From positions 37,787 through 101,786 of the forward strand of contig CDMY01000360.1 of NCBI GenBank assembly GCA_001179505.1: a DNA stretch of 64,000 nucleotides, in the 5' to 3' direction. This document shows positions 37,010 to 49,513 of the stretch, in pieces (the stretch's first letter is position 1; every line of letters starts with the position of its first letter). Origin of the DNA: Vitrella brassicaformis CCMP3155. Taxonomy: Eukaryota; Protista; Chromerida. The position numbers were made by a program, and so were the translations under genes. The notes under the pieces are model-generated. The model was not told the origin of the DNA. It worked only from the letters and a program-made list of their open reading frames with translations, and ran no database searches.

Positions 37010-40000
37010 ATGTTTCCCTCATACCTGTCGATCCCCTTCGCCCTCTTCCTCCTGGCCGCACCTGTCGGCATCGCACAGCCGCCGGAGCTCCTCCAGCCGA
37101 CGATAACTGATGCGGGCCCGCCGATGTCCACACAGCAGCAGGGCAACGGTGCGCACCATACGAGCGGGAGAGAAAGGGCGGAGAAGGAGCAGCACGCCTC
37201 TTTCTTCTCGGCGTTGCCACTCGTGTCTCTTGTCTGGTGTGTGCTTGTCTGGGTGCAGGTCTCCGGGGCTCAGCCAACCGTGTCACCGCAACCACGGCTC
37301 AAGCTCCCACGAGCGGTGAGCGAAACCACCACAGGACACACACACGCACACACACACACACACAGACGTTAGGCGTCCCAAGTCGTTAATATCTGTGTGT
37401 GCCGCCTGTTTCTGTTGCAGCGACCCGTTGCGCTGCTTGGTGGATTGACCATGAGTTCGATTCGCCTGAAGGGGCAGTGGAGAAGGTCGTGCCACAGGCG
37501 GCCACCGCCCGGATGTGCCAGGCGGCGTGTGCCATGTCCAACGATTGCAAGTGGTTCAGCTTCTCGGGCAAGAGGGTGTGCAATCTGTTTGACGCCGTGC
37601 CGATGGAGTACCGAGTGGTGGAGGGGGCTGTCAGCGGTGGCAAGAGCTGCACACAGATTAGACCAGCCTATCGGAAAGGTAGGTGCATTTCTGCGAGAGG
37701 GGAAGCGCCTGTGTATCTCCGGGTTTGGGGCTGGGGCTGGGGTTTGCCCTTACAGGTCTTCTTGGTGGCTTCCTGTATGTGCCCCTCGGTGGCAACAAGA
37801 CTGACGACGGCGAGGCTGCCGCCTTCAAGGCCATCTCTGCAGACAAAGGCCCAATCGCCGTCCCCTTCGAGGGCACACCCCCCGTCCTAAAGCTCACCCC
37901 AGCCGTCACTGATGACTTCACCATCGGTACCAAACACACACACATTCCACCCCCGCCCTCCCACCTACTCCTTCCCCGTGTGTGTGTCAGTTGCTGTGCT
38001 GGCCAACCAGTCGGCTACTGACGCCCGGACGCTGTCGGGCCGCGTGCGGTGGACTCTGCTCGAGTACGACAACGACAAGAGGACCACCGAGAAAAGCTCC
38101 ATCCTCCCCAGCGAAGGGCGGGCCAATGCCAATGCCTTCCACTTCGACTCCTTCTTCCCGTGGGCCGCCACCGACCGCCAGCCGTCGACAATGGCGCCCA
38201 AGGAGTCGTGCTCACAAGGCAACGTCCTGGATGTTATTCTCTGCAACCAGTTTGCGTCACTTCTTCGCGTGTCCGAAACGGCGAACAAGGCCGAGGACCA
38301 AGACGCGGAGGAAGAGAAGGAAAATGAGAATGAGAGCGGGGAGGATCAGAATGAGAGCGTATTGGAGAAGCTGCAGAAACAGATCAGCAAGACAAAGGGG
38401 GAGGTGGAGACCAAGGGCCGGGCAGATGGGCCCGCCGAGGAGAAGCTCGACGGCCCCGAAGATGTGCTGACTGATGATGAGGCTGAGGAGCAGGAGGATC
38501 TCGCGGATTCCGCCGCTGAAGAGGGGGATGAGAATGAGGCGCCCGTCAACACTGATGAGGTTGCTGGTGTGGAGGAAGGGTACGTCACTCCTTCGGACCA
38601 GTACCTCACAGACAAGCTGGGCCTGCTCTTCTCCGGATTCAGAAAGACAGGTAGGTAGGGCATTCCTTTCGGCCAGCCAGCTGACCAAAGATGAGACACC
38701 ATTGCATCTGTCTGTCTCGGTGTGTGTACCAACCCCCCCACTCACCTCACAGGCAAGGATGCCTCTCAGATGCCCCGCAAGACCTTTGCCCTCCGCGCGC
38801 AGTACTTCTCCGAGAGCACCGACGGTTCGCCGCCCGGCCCGCCCCTGCTCATGTACGTGGAGGTGCTGCCCCTCTCCAATCAAGGCATGTTCCACTACAA
38901 TCGCCTCTCACAAGGACACAAGGTGCGCGACCTGCCCATCACTGGCTGGGACACCGAGACCACCGGGGAACAAGCGGAGGAGGACGACGGCGACAAACCG
39001 AGTGAAGGGACCACCAACAAACGCAAGAAGCGCAAGGGCGAGCCCAAGATGAAGACCATTCGGTGCGGGGATACTGTTGTGGTCAACACCAAGGAGGGCC
39101 ATAGTCTGGGGGCTGACATCAAGTGCGGCATGCTCGTGTCGAAGGAGGGGCTGGCGTACGACGTCCAGCCGGCGCCGGCTAAACGGTGGGTCAGTCAGTT
39201 GACGAGTTGACGGCATGGATGGATGGATGGATGCGCACCTTGTGTGTCTGTGTGTGTGTGTGTGTGTGTATGGTGTGTCTTTGTTTGTCAGCGGTATGGT
39301 GTATCGTGTGTTTGTGGGTAATGCGACGGCACTTGAAGTGGAGGCTGAGAGTGGGGGTCCCGACTCAGTGTTCCGCAACGCCACTGTGCTGGCCATGATG
39401 GACGGTGAGTGAATGGATGGATGGATGGAGGAAGGAACACACACCACAGCTCAGCTTCACCCGGTTCTATTCTCTGTGTGTGTGTGTGTGTCTGTGTGTA
39501 TGTGTGGCTGTGCCACATCGCATTGCTTCCATCGATCAGACTATAACGGTACGCCAACGAAAACTGCTGGTCTGCCCTGTCCTTCGTTCATCTCTCGTCC
39601 CTCCCTCCCCCGGGGCCTCGGATGTGTTGGGATGTGTTGTGTGCAGATGCTTCGGCCATGTACAAGTGCCACGAGGGCAGACTGCAGCAATCCATAATGC
39701 TCCCAGGCTTCGCTCACCTCGCCGGTTCGTGTGCCGCGTGACACACCACCAAGGGAAACCCATCCATCTCCATCCGGCTGTCTGCCTGCCTGCATCTGCT
39801 CGTGTGTGTCTCGATGCGCGCGCGTGTGTGTGTTCAGTTGGCGATTACAAGGACCGCAATGAGGGTGTCGCGACGACACTGCGCATCTCGGTGAGTGAGA
39901 AGATATGTATCCAAACACACACACACACACACACACACAAAGCTGACATAAGACTACACAGCACATGAGCCATGAGACATCTGTGCCACTGCTGTGGTGC

Positions 40001-40036
40001 TCTGTTGTGTGGTCGTCTGCAGTGCTCGTATATCTA
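37010..40036 (+). CDS. Secreted PAN/apple-domain protein
   Basis: Signal peptide MFPSYLSIPFALFLLAAPVGIA. PAN motif C...ATARMCQAACAMSNDCKWFSF...CNLF......VSGGKSC. Several more in-frame exons follow with no recognised domain. 3' end approximate. Confidence 0.7.
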
Positions 40037-40905
40037 GGCTCCAATTAAGGCTGGCGCGGAGAGAATGGATGGATGGGGGTCTTTTGTCGAGCTGCATCCC
40101 AAATCGGTGTGCCTATTGAGGGGGGTGGGTTGACCATCGATGCGATGCCCGGCAGGTCAATTAAGTCCACCAGAGGGCCTTTGTGTTTTTTTCTTCATCG
40201 TCCTTGATGGTATTTGTATGCTGATCAATCCATCCACGACACCGCCATGCCATGGCACCACCACCACCTCATCTCATGTGTCTGTCTGTCTGATGGGGGT
40301 GTCAGTCTGTCGGCTAGGCTACTGATGTGATATGCATTGCTGTCTGTCCATGGCATGTGGGTTGGGTGGGTGGGTCGACTGACTCCATCAATTAACTAAC
40401 AAGACTGACTGATGGTGCACTGTGTGTGCAGTCATTGCCTGCACACGTTGGATGGATGGATGGATGGATGGACACCCGCCCGCCCCGTCGGTGTTTTTGT
40501 GTGTGTGTGTGCTGTGCTGCGCAAGTCCGACGCGCATCAAGACATACTCATCTGTACAACGGTCTAGACACAGCCAACGAGTCCATCCTTCCATCCATCA
40601 AGCACATGTGCGCCACCTTTCTGTCCGCAGAGGACATGTGTGCGCTGCCGCATGCATTCATTGCGTGTAACACGGCACACCGACAAACCACACCAAGCAA
40701 ACCTGGACCGATGTGTGGTCGATCCGGGGCTGCTGGGTTGGGGCCGTGAGCGTTGCGTGCCACACACACAGCGTGGATGCACGGACAGCGCCACACACGA
40801 GCATCAACAGCATCAATCGCATCGCATCGGGATGTATGTGTTGCCCCACACACACTTGTTCGCTAAGATGTCTTGGGCCTGCCGTGTGAGACCGATCAGC
40901 CGCTT

Positions 40906-42990
40906 TCACCCGTCCGCAGCGACGAGCTGAGAAGGCCCATGGAGCAACGGCGCTTCACGGGCTCTCTCGAGTCGACGCTGCGGATTGGCGAAGAGCGACT
41001 GATCTCTCACTTGCCAACCACCAATGCGCTGGATCTGCACTCTCCCTCCCTCCCTCTCAGGCATCGGCCAACCGATCACCCATGTATCCATCCATCCATC
41101 GATGTTAGTCAGTGTGTGCCGTCGCCCCCGCCCCTGTGTGCACATCCATCCCGCCCTCCTATCTGTCCCCATCGCCGCTCACACTGTCCTCCTGCACCAT
41201 CATGACGTCATCCGCTGCTGGTGGTACTACTGGTGGGGGTGGGGCTGCTGGTGGTGGGCCTGGTGGGGGGAGAGAGGGGGAGGGGAGGGGACCTGACGGC
41301 TCCATGATGTGAGGTGACGGCCTTTGTGGCTGCTGCTGCCGCTGGTGGTGGTGGAGGTCGTCCTCCTTCTTGATCGTGACGTTGTTGTTGTTGTTGTTGT
41401 TCTCTGACGGCGTGTCGTTCTGGGCCGGTGCGTCGTCCTCGTCAACACCCAGACGGGCCGCCTCCTACACACGCACAAGCACAAGCAAACACACACACAC
41501 ACACACACACACGTAAGAAGAATGATGAATGGATAAGCTCTGTTGAGCGTCGCCAGCTGCTCACCTCTCGCACCAAGTACGTCCACATCACAATGGACCT
41601 GTCCACACCGCAACCTGACGACCCACGCCACGCCCCCACAGAAACCAACACCACACAGACACAGTGAATGAATGGATGGACGGCCTGGAGGCCTAGATAT
41701 CTCTCTTGGCCGCTCGCTCACCAGTGGATATCATGATGCCTGTCTGGTGTGAGGGGTGGCAGTCGACGCTGCTGACGAACATCTTGTGCATCCGCCGTGA
41801 CGGCACATAGTTTGGCCGCTTGCCCCCCCGCCGCAGGCGCACCGGTGGGCCCTCCTTGGCCCCCGTGAAGCCATCCCACATGTGGACGTACCCGTCATGC
41901 CCCGGGATCAGCACACGGTCTCGCCAGAAACACCCAAACACAGAGGGCGCCATGACGCGCCGCAGCTCGGGGGCCTTGGCCTCCCTCTCCCTCCGCACCA
42001 TCTGCACGTTCCTCTGGTGCTGCTCGAGCGTCCTGGTCAGCGTCTCGGGGGTGTCTGTCGCACGGCGCATCCGGGCTCGCATGCTGCTGCCGAGGGGGCA
42101 GTCGAGGAGGGAGGCCTGGACGCGGTTCCTGGAGAGGTCCCACACGCGGCCCTTGCTGTCGAACGTGACGGAGAGCAGGTACTGCGAGTTGCTCGACAAG
42201 GCGCCGTGGCAACACGGGGTGGCGTCGTCGGCAGCGAACGTCCGTAGCATCTGTGTGGAAAGAGTGGATGGATGGATGGATGGATGGACGGCGAGTGTAT
42301 GTCCATTGCCCACCCGCATGAGCGAAGTGCTCCAGAGTCTGCAGAAGCCGTCGAATGAGGTTGAGGAGAAGACGCGGTCGTCTTGCGACATGTCCAGGCT
42401 CGTCACGGGCCCCTCGTGCGCCTTGAGGTCCATCAGACAACCGTGCCGACGCAGATCCCAATACTTGATCCGCTCATCGTAACCTGCACACAAACACACA
42501 CCCACACATCAACATATGACTGTCTGCCTGCCTCTCCGTCTGCCTGTGTTTCTTCCATGATACCTCCTGTGAGCAGCCATGTGTTGTCGAGGTGCGGCGC
42601 GGCCACGGTCATGCAGGCCGTCTCATGTGTGTCGTGAAGTGCGGCGGCCACCCTGCTGCTCTTCATCGAGAGCACCACCATGCTCCTATCGCTCCCCGCC
42701 GCAAACACATGCCGCCCGCCCTCGTGCCAGCACAGGTCGTTGAGTCCGCAGTCACTCACTCGCTCCGACCCGCCCATCTGCACCAGCTGCCCCGTTTCGA
42801 CGTCCCATATGCCGATCTTCCCATCGGCCGATGCAGTGGCGAGGTGCTTGCCGTCTGGCGAGAAGCGGCCGCGTGTGATGCCGCCCGTGTGGCCCTCGAG
42901 GCGCCTCACGGGGTACCATTCACCGTTGTCCTCGCCGACGCGGAAGTTGTAGAGAGCCGGCGGGTGGTATCCACAGAGAGATGCCGCCAT
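40906..42990 (-). CDS. WD40-repeat protein (WDR5-like repeats)
   Basis: RLEGHTGGITRGRFSPDGKHLATASADGKIGIWD, LKAHEGPVTSLDMS...STSFDGFCRLWS, LLSVTFDSKGRVWD. Low-complexity tail. 3' end approximate. Confidence 0.85.
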
Positions 42991-43201
42991 TTGTGATGTT
43001 TTGGCTTTCCCTTTAGCGGTTTCAAGGGTTCCTCTGCGAGCTTTGTTTGCGAAGGGAGAGGAGGGAGAACGCGACGCGGCGTTTGTCCTGTCCACTCACT
43101 AGTGCACTACTCTCTGTAGGCAAGACCAACCGCGAAGCTACACATCTCAAGCGGCTCCATCACTTGCTCGAGGGTGTTGACGAGTAGTTGGGTGTTGTTT
43201 G

Positions 43202-44787
43202 ATGGAGATGGAGCAGTCAGCGTACGACCGACAAGTGCCGTTCGCACCCTATGGGCAGCTCCCAGCCAGCCAAACCAATGGAGTCATACCAGCGCCATCT
43301 GTCACCTTCAGAAGCCCGGGTAGGGTAACCACCACGATGACCGCACACACGCCACCGCAGACAGACAACACAGAGCGTGATATCAGCACGTGTTCAGATC
43401 TGATCTCCCTGTTGTGCTGTGCTGTGGTGTGGTGTGGTGTGGTGTGTCACCTACCTACAGATCAGCTGAGTCAGCTGCGTGGCCGCAAGTGTTTCCGGCC
43501 GTGCACCCCGATCGCCACGGTGCTGGCCATAGTGTTCATCTACGCCATCACCCGGGAGATCGGCGTGCTGCTCTTCTGCCTCAGCGTCATACCAGTCATC
43601 GCCATCCTGTTCCTTCTCTACCACAAGCGTGCACACGAAATGTCAGTGGAGCTCCTGTTGGAGATGTTCTGGACCGGCGCGCTGCTCTCGTGCCTCGCGG
43701 CGGTGATACTCGAGGGCACTGGCACGGGCTATGAGACCACCAGCCAGGCCCTCAAGGACTGCCACATCTCCCTGGTGCCGGAGGCGCAGACGCCCAAGAA
43801 CGGCACACTGACCCCCACGGCCGCCCCGCCCGATAGTGATAGTGGGGGTGGAGGCGGGCACCCCCCGAGTCTCTATTGCGACCTGAAGTTCTTCGTGTAC
43901 ATTCTGATTGTGGTGGGGGCCTCCGAGGAGCTGTGCAAGTTCGTCATAGCCATGTCGCGCGTGCGGCTGCGGGTGGACGCGCTGCCCTACACGTGTGCCT
44001 GCTGGTGGAGGGTGGTCGACACACCCTATGCCCTCGCACTGGTGGGGGCGACCGCGGCTGCTGGGTGAGCATGCGATGCGCACACACACTGACAGAAATA
44101 CCGAGAGTCCATTCATTTCACGATGGCATAGCCATCCATCTTTGGTGTGTGTGTGTCAGGTTCGCCTGCATCGAGAACATCGAGTACAACGTCTTCAGCA
44201 CGCTGAGCGCCTTCAACCCCACGGGCCCCAACCTTCTCGGAGCCCTCCTCCAGACACTGCTGCGCGCCGTCCTGGCCATCCCATTCCACGTCTCAGCCAC
44301 TGGATACGCTTCCTGCCGCCTCGCCAAGTTCCTCTTCGCCCAACCGACCAACGCCCTCTCAAGCACGGCCCCCCTGCGGCCGTCCAACACTGAGATGAAC
44401 GGCTTGGTAAGCGGTGGTGCAGGTGGTGGCGGTGCTGGGGGCAGGAGGGACCGGCAGCACCATGTCCACTATGAGACGCTGGCCGGCAAGGGCCCCTCGC
44501 TGCTCGACTACGCGAGCTTCCTGTGGCTGCCCATCCTGATGCACGGCACATACGACTCGTGCCTCATGCTGATGACTCTCTACGCCATGAACAGCGCCAA
44601 TGGGGTGGCGTTGACCCTGCTGCTCACCGCCATGGGGGCCTTCCTGGTGATGGTGGTCATGTTTATCTGGGAGTGGTGGTCTCTCCGGAAGCTGCCATTC
44701 TATGAGCAGAGGGGCGGGGCGGAGGGCGGCATGATGATCGAGGTCACTTCGGGGCCGGTGGTGACCGAAGTGGTGACGCGGGAGTGA
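43202..44787 (+). CDS. PrsW-family intramembrane protease
   Basis: Multi-pass hydrophobic protein with all four family motifs in order: SEELCK (EExxK), GFACIEN (FxxxEN), AIPFH and HGTYD (HxxxD). Confidence 0.85.
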
Positions 44788-45297
44788 TCATGACGTGTGT
44801 GTGTGTGTGTGAGGCATTTGCTCAAGGCAGTTGCAATGAGACAGACAGACAGACAGACAGGCAGGAACGGACAGGCGGCCGGGTGTGAAGGGTGTGGTGT
44901 GGCGTGCAGCCGGGCTAGGTTGGTGGTAGTTTATTTGTTTGTGAGGGCTGCAGGCAGCGATGTTGAGTAAGGCCAGAGAAGGCCAGCCAGAGATGCAACT
45001 CGCGTCGGCCCATCCATCTATCCATCGGATGTGCTGTCTGTCTGTCTCTGTCTCTCTGTCTGTGTCTGTGTCTGTGTGTGTGTGTGAGTGAGTGTAGTAT
45101 CTTGCTTGAAAGCACTGACTGTCTGACGGACACCACACCCTCTTTACAACCCATGTATAGTCGTGACAGACATCAATCACATCAAATGCTGCAGTGCATG
45201 ATTACATGTCAGGTGCTGTCATCACACACACACACACCATCTCTCTATGCACACGCACACACACACGCATCTCATCTCATCTGATCTTGTCAGTGAG

Positions 45298-47415
45298 TCA
45301 TCGGAGCCCCATATTGACAAACTTCCCCCCATTCACTACACACAGCTGCCCCCACTCAAACCGCCCCGACTCGAGATCGGCACGCCCACAAGCCGGACAC
45401 TCATACTCCCTCACCCAGTAGGCAGCGAACCCATACCTCTCGGCCTCCTCCATGCAGGCGCGATACAACACATCACACAGCGAATACCGGCGGCCCGCCG
45501 TCGCCACCTTCACATCCTCATCCCCGCCCCCTCCCTTGTGGCATGTGAAGCACCGCAGCCCCACTACACGGCCACGGCCCCCCTCCCTGATCATGCGAGC
45601 AGCCACGAGGCAGTAGCTGACACACACACACACACACACAGACAGAGAGACACACACCCAGAGATTGACGGTGAAGGCAATACAGCACACCGTGCGTGTG
45701 TGTCTGTGTGTCTTTTGGTTTCTCGCTCACCATCTGACAGCCGCGTTAATGCGCTGGTAGAGGAGGCTGGCAGCGATGGGGATGGATGGGGGCGCGGGGG
45801 GGCTGAGTGCCTTGTGGATGATCTGCAGCAGATCCAAGACATATATGGCGGCCGGGCATTCTTTGACCGTCGCTCAGCGCTTAATTGACTCACATACACA
45901 CACACACACACACTTACCTGCAGGGCGTCCGGCGGCAGCGTTATGTGCTCGCCCGGTCGGCTGGCTATGGGTATCTTCTGGCTGATGCTGGCCATGATGG
46001 TACGAATGAGGCGGAGGGCCATGTTGACCGTGTTGAAGACGATCTGCTGTGGGAGGGTGGTGGTCACGTACCGGCGGTAGGCCTGCATGATGTCCCGCTG
46101 CCAGCCGCTCCACTGGGTGCGATCCTCTACATGCACCTGCACACGCACAGCAAAGGACACACACGGCAACTCCTGCAGTGAGTGCCCTCTCGCATCCCCA
46201 GCCAGCCAGCCAGCCAGCCATACCTCTTCTAATCGAGTCTCCATTTCGATGAAGATTCTCTCTAGGGGCCCGTAGTAGTCCTGCAGCTCGACCCTGGCCG
46301 CCTCCGCCTCCCTCGCCGCCCTTTCCCTCTCCCTCTCCCGGGCCGCCTTCTCGCGACGCACCGCCGACACGCGGACACGGCTCTCAGGGGGCACTACACC
46401 AGCACGGTAGGGCGACGCTGGTCACATACACAACACACACGCACACAAAAGGATACACACGGGGATGGGCGCGCTGCGGTGCGGTGGGGTGCGGTGCCCA
46501 GCTCACCTCCATGTTCGATTAGGGCGGGAAGTCTCTGTGTGTGACCTGAGAGCGCCGCCAGCTTGAGCGGCGTGTGGCCGTCGGAGTTCTTGGCGTTGAC
46601 GTTGTCCTTGTCGCCCTCGCGGCACATCCATGCGATCGTGGCCACATCTGACGCGTAGTGCAGCGGCAAATTGCCGTCGCCGTCACGCGCAGACAAAATC
46701 TCAGGCCTGCACACACACGCACACAGCACAGCAAGAAACCTGACACAGTGACACACGCAGAACATCGCAGAAGACGTCATCGGTCGGTTCACTGGTACCC
46801 TGCAGCTCTTCGCAGCATCCTCAGCAGCGCCATCTGCATCACGCCGTCCTCCAGTGGGTGCTCCGTGAAGCTGTGGATGGCCTGCTTGCCCCTGTCGTCT
46901 ACCACACCCACGATCCTCCCCCTGTCGCTGCTGTCCGCGAACATCTTGACGCGCCGCAGCTTCTCCAGACCACCGTGGGCAGACGCCGCCACCTCACACA
47001 GATGGAAGCCATCCAGCGACGGCTTGTGCACCAGCAGCACCGCGATGATATCCCACCTGCCGGCCGTGAACGCCGCCCTCAGGGGGTGGTTGCGATTGAC
47101 GTCTGCGCCCCCTTCCAACAGGGCCCTTATCACCCCGGGTGTGTGGCGGTTCCTCCTGTGGTGGCTGATGGCCAGTTGCACGAGCGATTGATCACCAAGT
47201 ACCAGCACTCGGCAGTCAGCCCCATCCCGCTGGATGAGCCTTTGGGCCTCTGCTGCGGTGATGGTAGCCTTCTCGATGCCTGTCGCGAGCGCCCTGGTGG
47301 AGGGGTGCGTGCCGGGAGGGAGCCGGAGGCTACGATTGCACTGCATGAGGCCTCTCACACCTGCACAACACTCCACAACGGAGGAAGGCCTGGCAGCAGC
47401 GATTTCATGGAGCAC
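45298..47415 (-). CDS. Ankyrin-repeat protein, same family as 17792..19562 (multi-exon)
   Basis: ALLEGGADVNRNHPLRAA, RDGDGNLPLHYA and NVNAKNSDGHTPLKLAALSG ankyrin repeats. The last exon ends FEWGQLCVVNGGKF, homologous to the other copy. Confidence 0.75.
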
Positions 47416-47461
47416 CCTATGCGTGTGCGAGCTTTCTCCAAGTGAATCCCATTTCGCAAAG

Positions 47462-48405
47462 ATGACTCAATATCAGCCACTGCATACATCCCCTATGATC
47501 GTAGCTGTCACCCCTATGCCATCGTACCAGGCCCAACCGCCGCCCCGGCTGCCCGTCACTCAGAGCGTCACATACGTCCCGACTGCGGCCAGCGGACTGC
47601 AGTACGTGTCTACCATGACGCCCCCGGCCACCCCGAGCTCACGGCACGGCACTCAGTCGCTGTGGACGACCACAACGACGGCATCGAGCGGCGGGCCGGC
47701 TCCTGAGAGGATGGTTCAAAAGACCATGAGCGTGAGTGGCAGCAAGCCATACTTTGGTGGAGAGCCTGTGGGTCTCACGCTGCTCTACCGGCCTGACGAC
47801 CTGTGCGAAGGCAATGAATACCGCGTCGGTGAGTGCTCACAGACAGACAGACAGACAGCCAGGCAGAGAGAAGTGGATGCATTCACGTCGGTCGGCCGTC
47901 TCTGTGTTTTGGTTGTTGACTGAGCAGATTTGGCGTCTTTTCTCGCCCACGTTGAGGCTCGGTGGTGCTCGTGGGACAGCATAGAGGTTGGCAGCGTGCC
48001 AGGAGGGTACAAGTGCCTCGACGGTGGCGGCCCCGCTCACATGGGCATCTACCTCAAGAACCACAGCAAGCGGGACGGAGCCTTCTTCCTCGATAAGGCC
48101 GCCAAGGGCAATCCCGAAGGTGACACACACACACACGTGGCCACATACATATTCCCCTCTCTCCTCTTCAAATGTGTGTATGTGTGTGTGCAGGTCTGCG
48201 TGTGTATCACTGGCCTGACGGTGCGGCGCCTGAGGAGGAATCTCTGTTTCGCCACATCTACCCGGCCCCCTATGGCTGCCCGGAGCGACTGCTCGCCACA
48301 CTCAAGTGGCACCAAGGCATCCAATTCCACGCCATACTCGCCAAGTACGGACGGACGGCCCCAACAAACCCACACAACACACTTCTGTCCGCTCGGGCAT
48401 TGTAC

Positions 48406-48457
<52 letters not shown>

Positions 48458-48581
48458 CAGCTGTTACCACTTCGAGCGCGATGTGCGTGCGGCGGCGATG
48501 GCTCGCGACCGCGTGGAGTCCGTCAACACCTTCTTCACCATCAGTGGCGATATTGCCAGGCGACTCTGCTGCTGCCAATAG
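47462..48581 (+). CDS. Hypothetical protein ending in LCCCQ (possible prenylation signal)
   Basis: Pro/Thr-rich N-terminus, 4 exons that appear to join in frame, stop TAG at 48579-48581. Confidence 0.6.
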
Positions 48582-49513
48582 CAATGGACACACCGGGGGG
48601 GGGGGGGCTGCCGGGTTTGTCTAGTGTGCTTGAGAGAGAGAGAGAGAGAGAACATTCCGTGAGTGGAATGGCGTCGGCTCCCGGGGTTGTGTGTGTGTGC
48701 TTGGAGATGCCCTTTCGCATCCTGAGTGTGACGGGTCGGAGACCTGGTCACATTCTCGATGCACCGGCGGGGTCAGGCAAGTCTGCACACATGATACTGG
48801 GAGTGACTGGGCGGTATGAATGAATGGGGGAGAAGAAGGAAGCAGTGCACGTTGCAACAGCTGACTGACCCTGCAGCTTTCTCGATATCTATATATCGAC
48901 AGGACAACACGTGTGCGTTGCGCGTGTGTACCTTTGCTTACCTCGATGGCGACGCAGCACATTAATGGCAATGGTCGAGGCTCGACCGTTGCCATTAATG
49001 TGCTTGGTTGCCCATGAGGTCCTCAAAGGCCACATCATCGCATCCCGCGCCCACGTGTCTGTGTGGGTGAAGTGAATGTGTGTATACCTATGTATGCTCT
49101 CTGTTGGCAAGCGACTGAGCCACGTCAATCAATTGCATTGCAATGAGTGCCTTCATTCAGATGAATGGATGGACATGCACGCCTGTCGGTCACCCACTCA
49201 CACACTCACACACCCGCTTGCCGCCCACCCTACCCACACCATTGGCTACACGCATCTGTCTGTCATGAATAATCACGGGCGATCCGATCTACTATTCTGC
49301 CTACAATATGCTCTGTGCAGCAGACCCATCCCATCCCTCCCTCCCTCCCTCCCTCTCTACACCCGACACGAATGTCTGTACCCGATTCAGCGGAAAACAG
49401 GCAAGCGCAGCTGCACACATGGATGGATGGATGGATGGAGACACACATGGATTGGATAGCTACGGAAAAAAACAGAAGGAAAGCGGCAAGGCAGCCAAGA
49501 ACACAGCCCCGAG

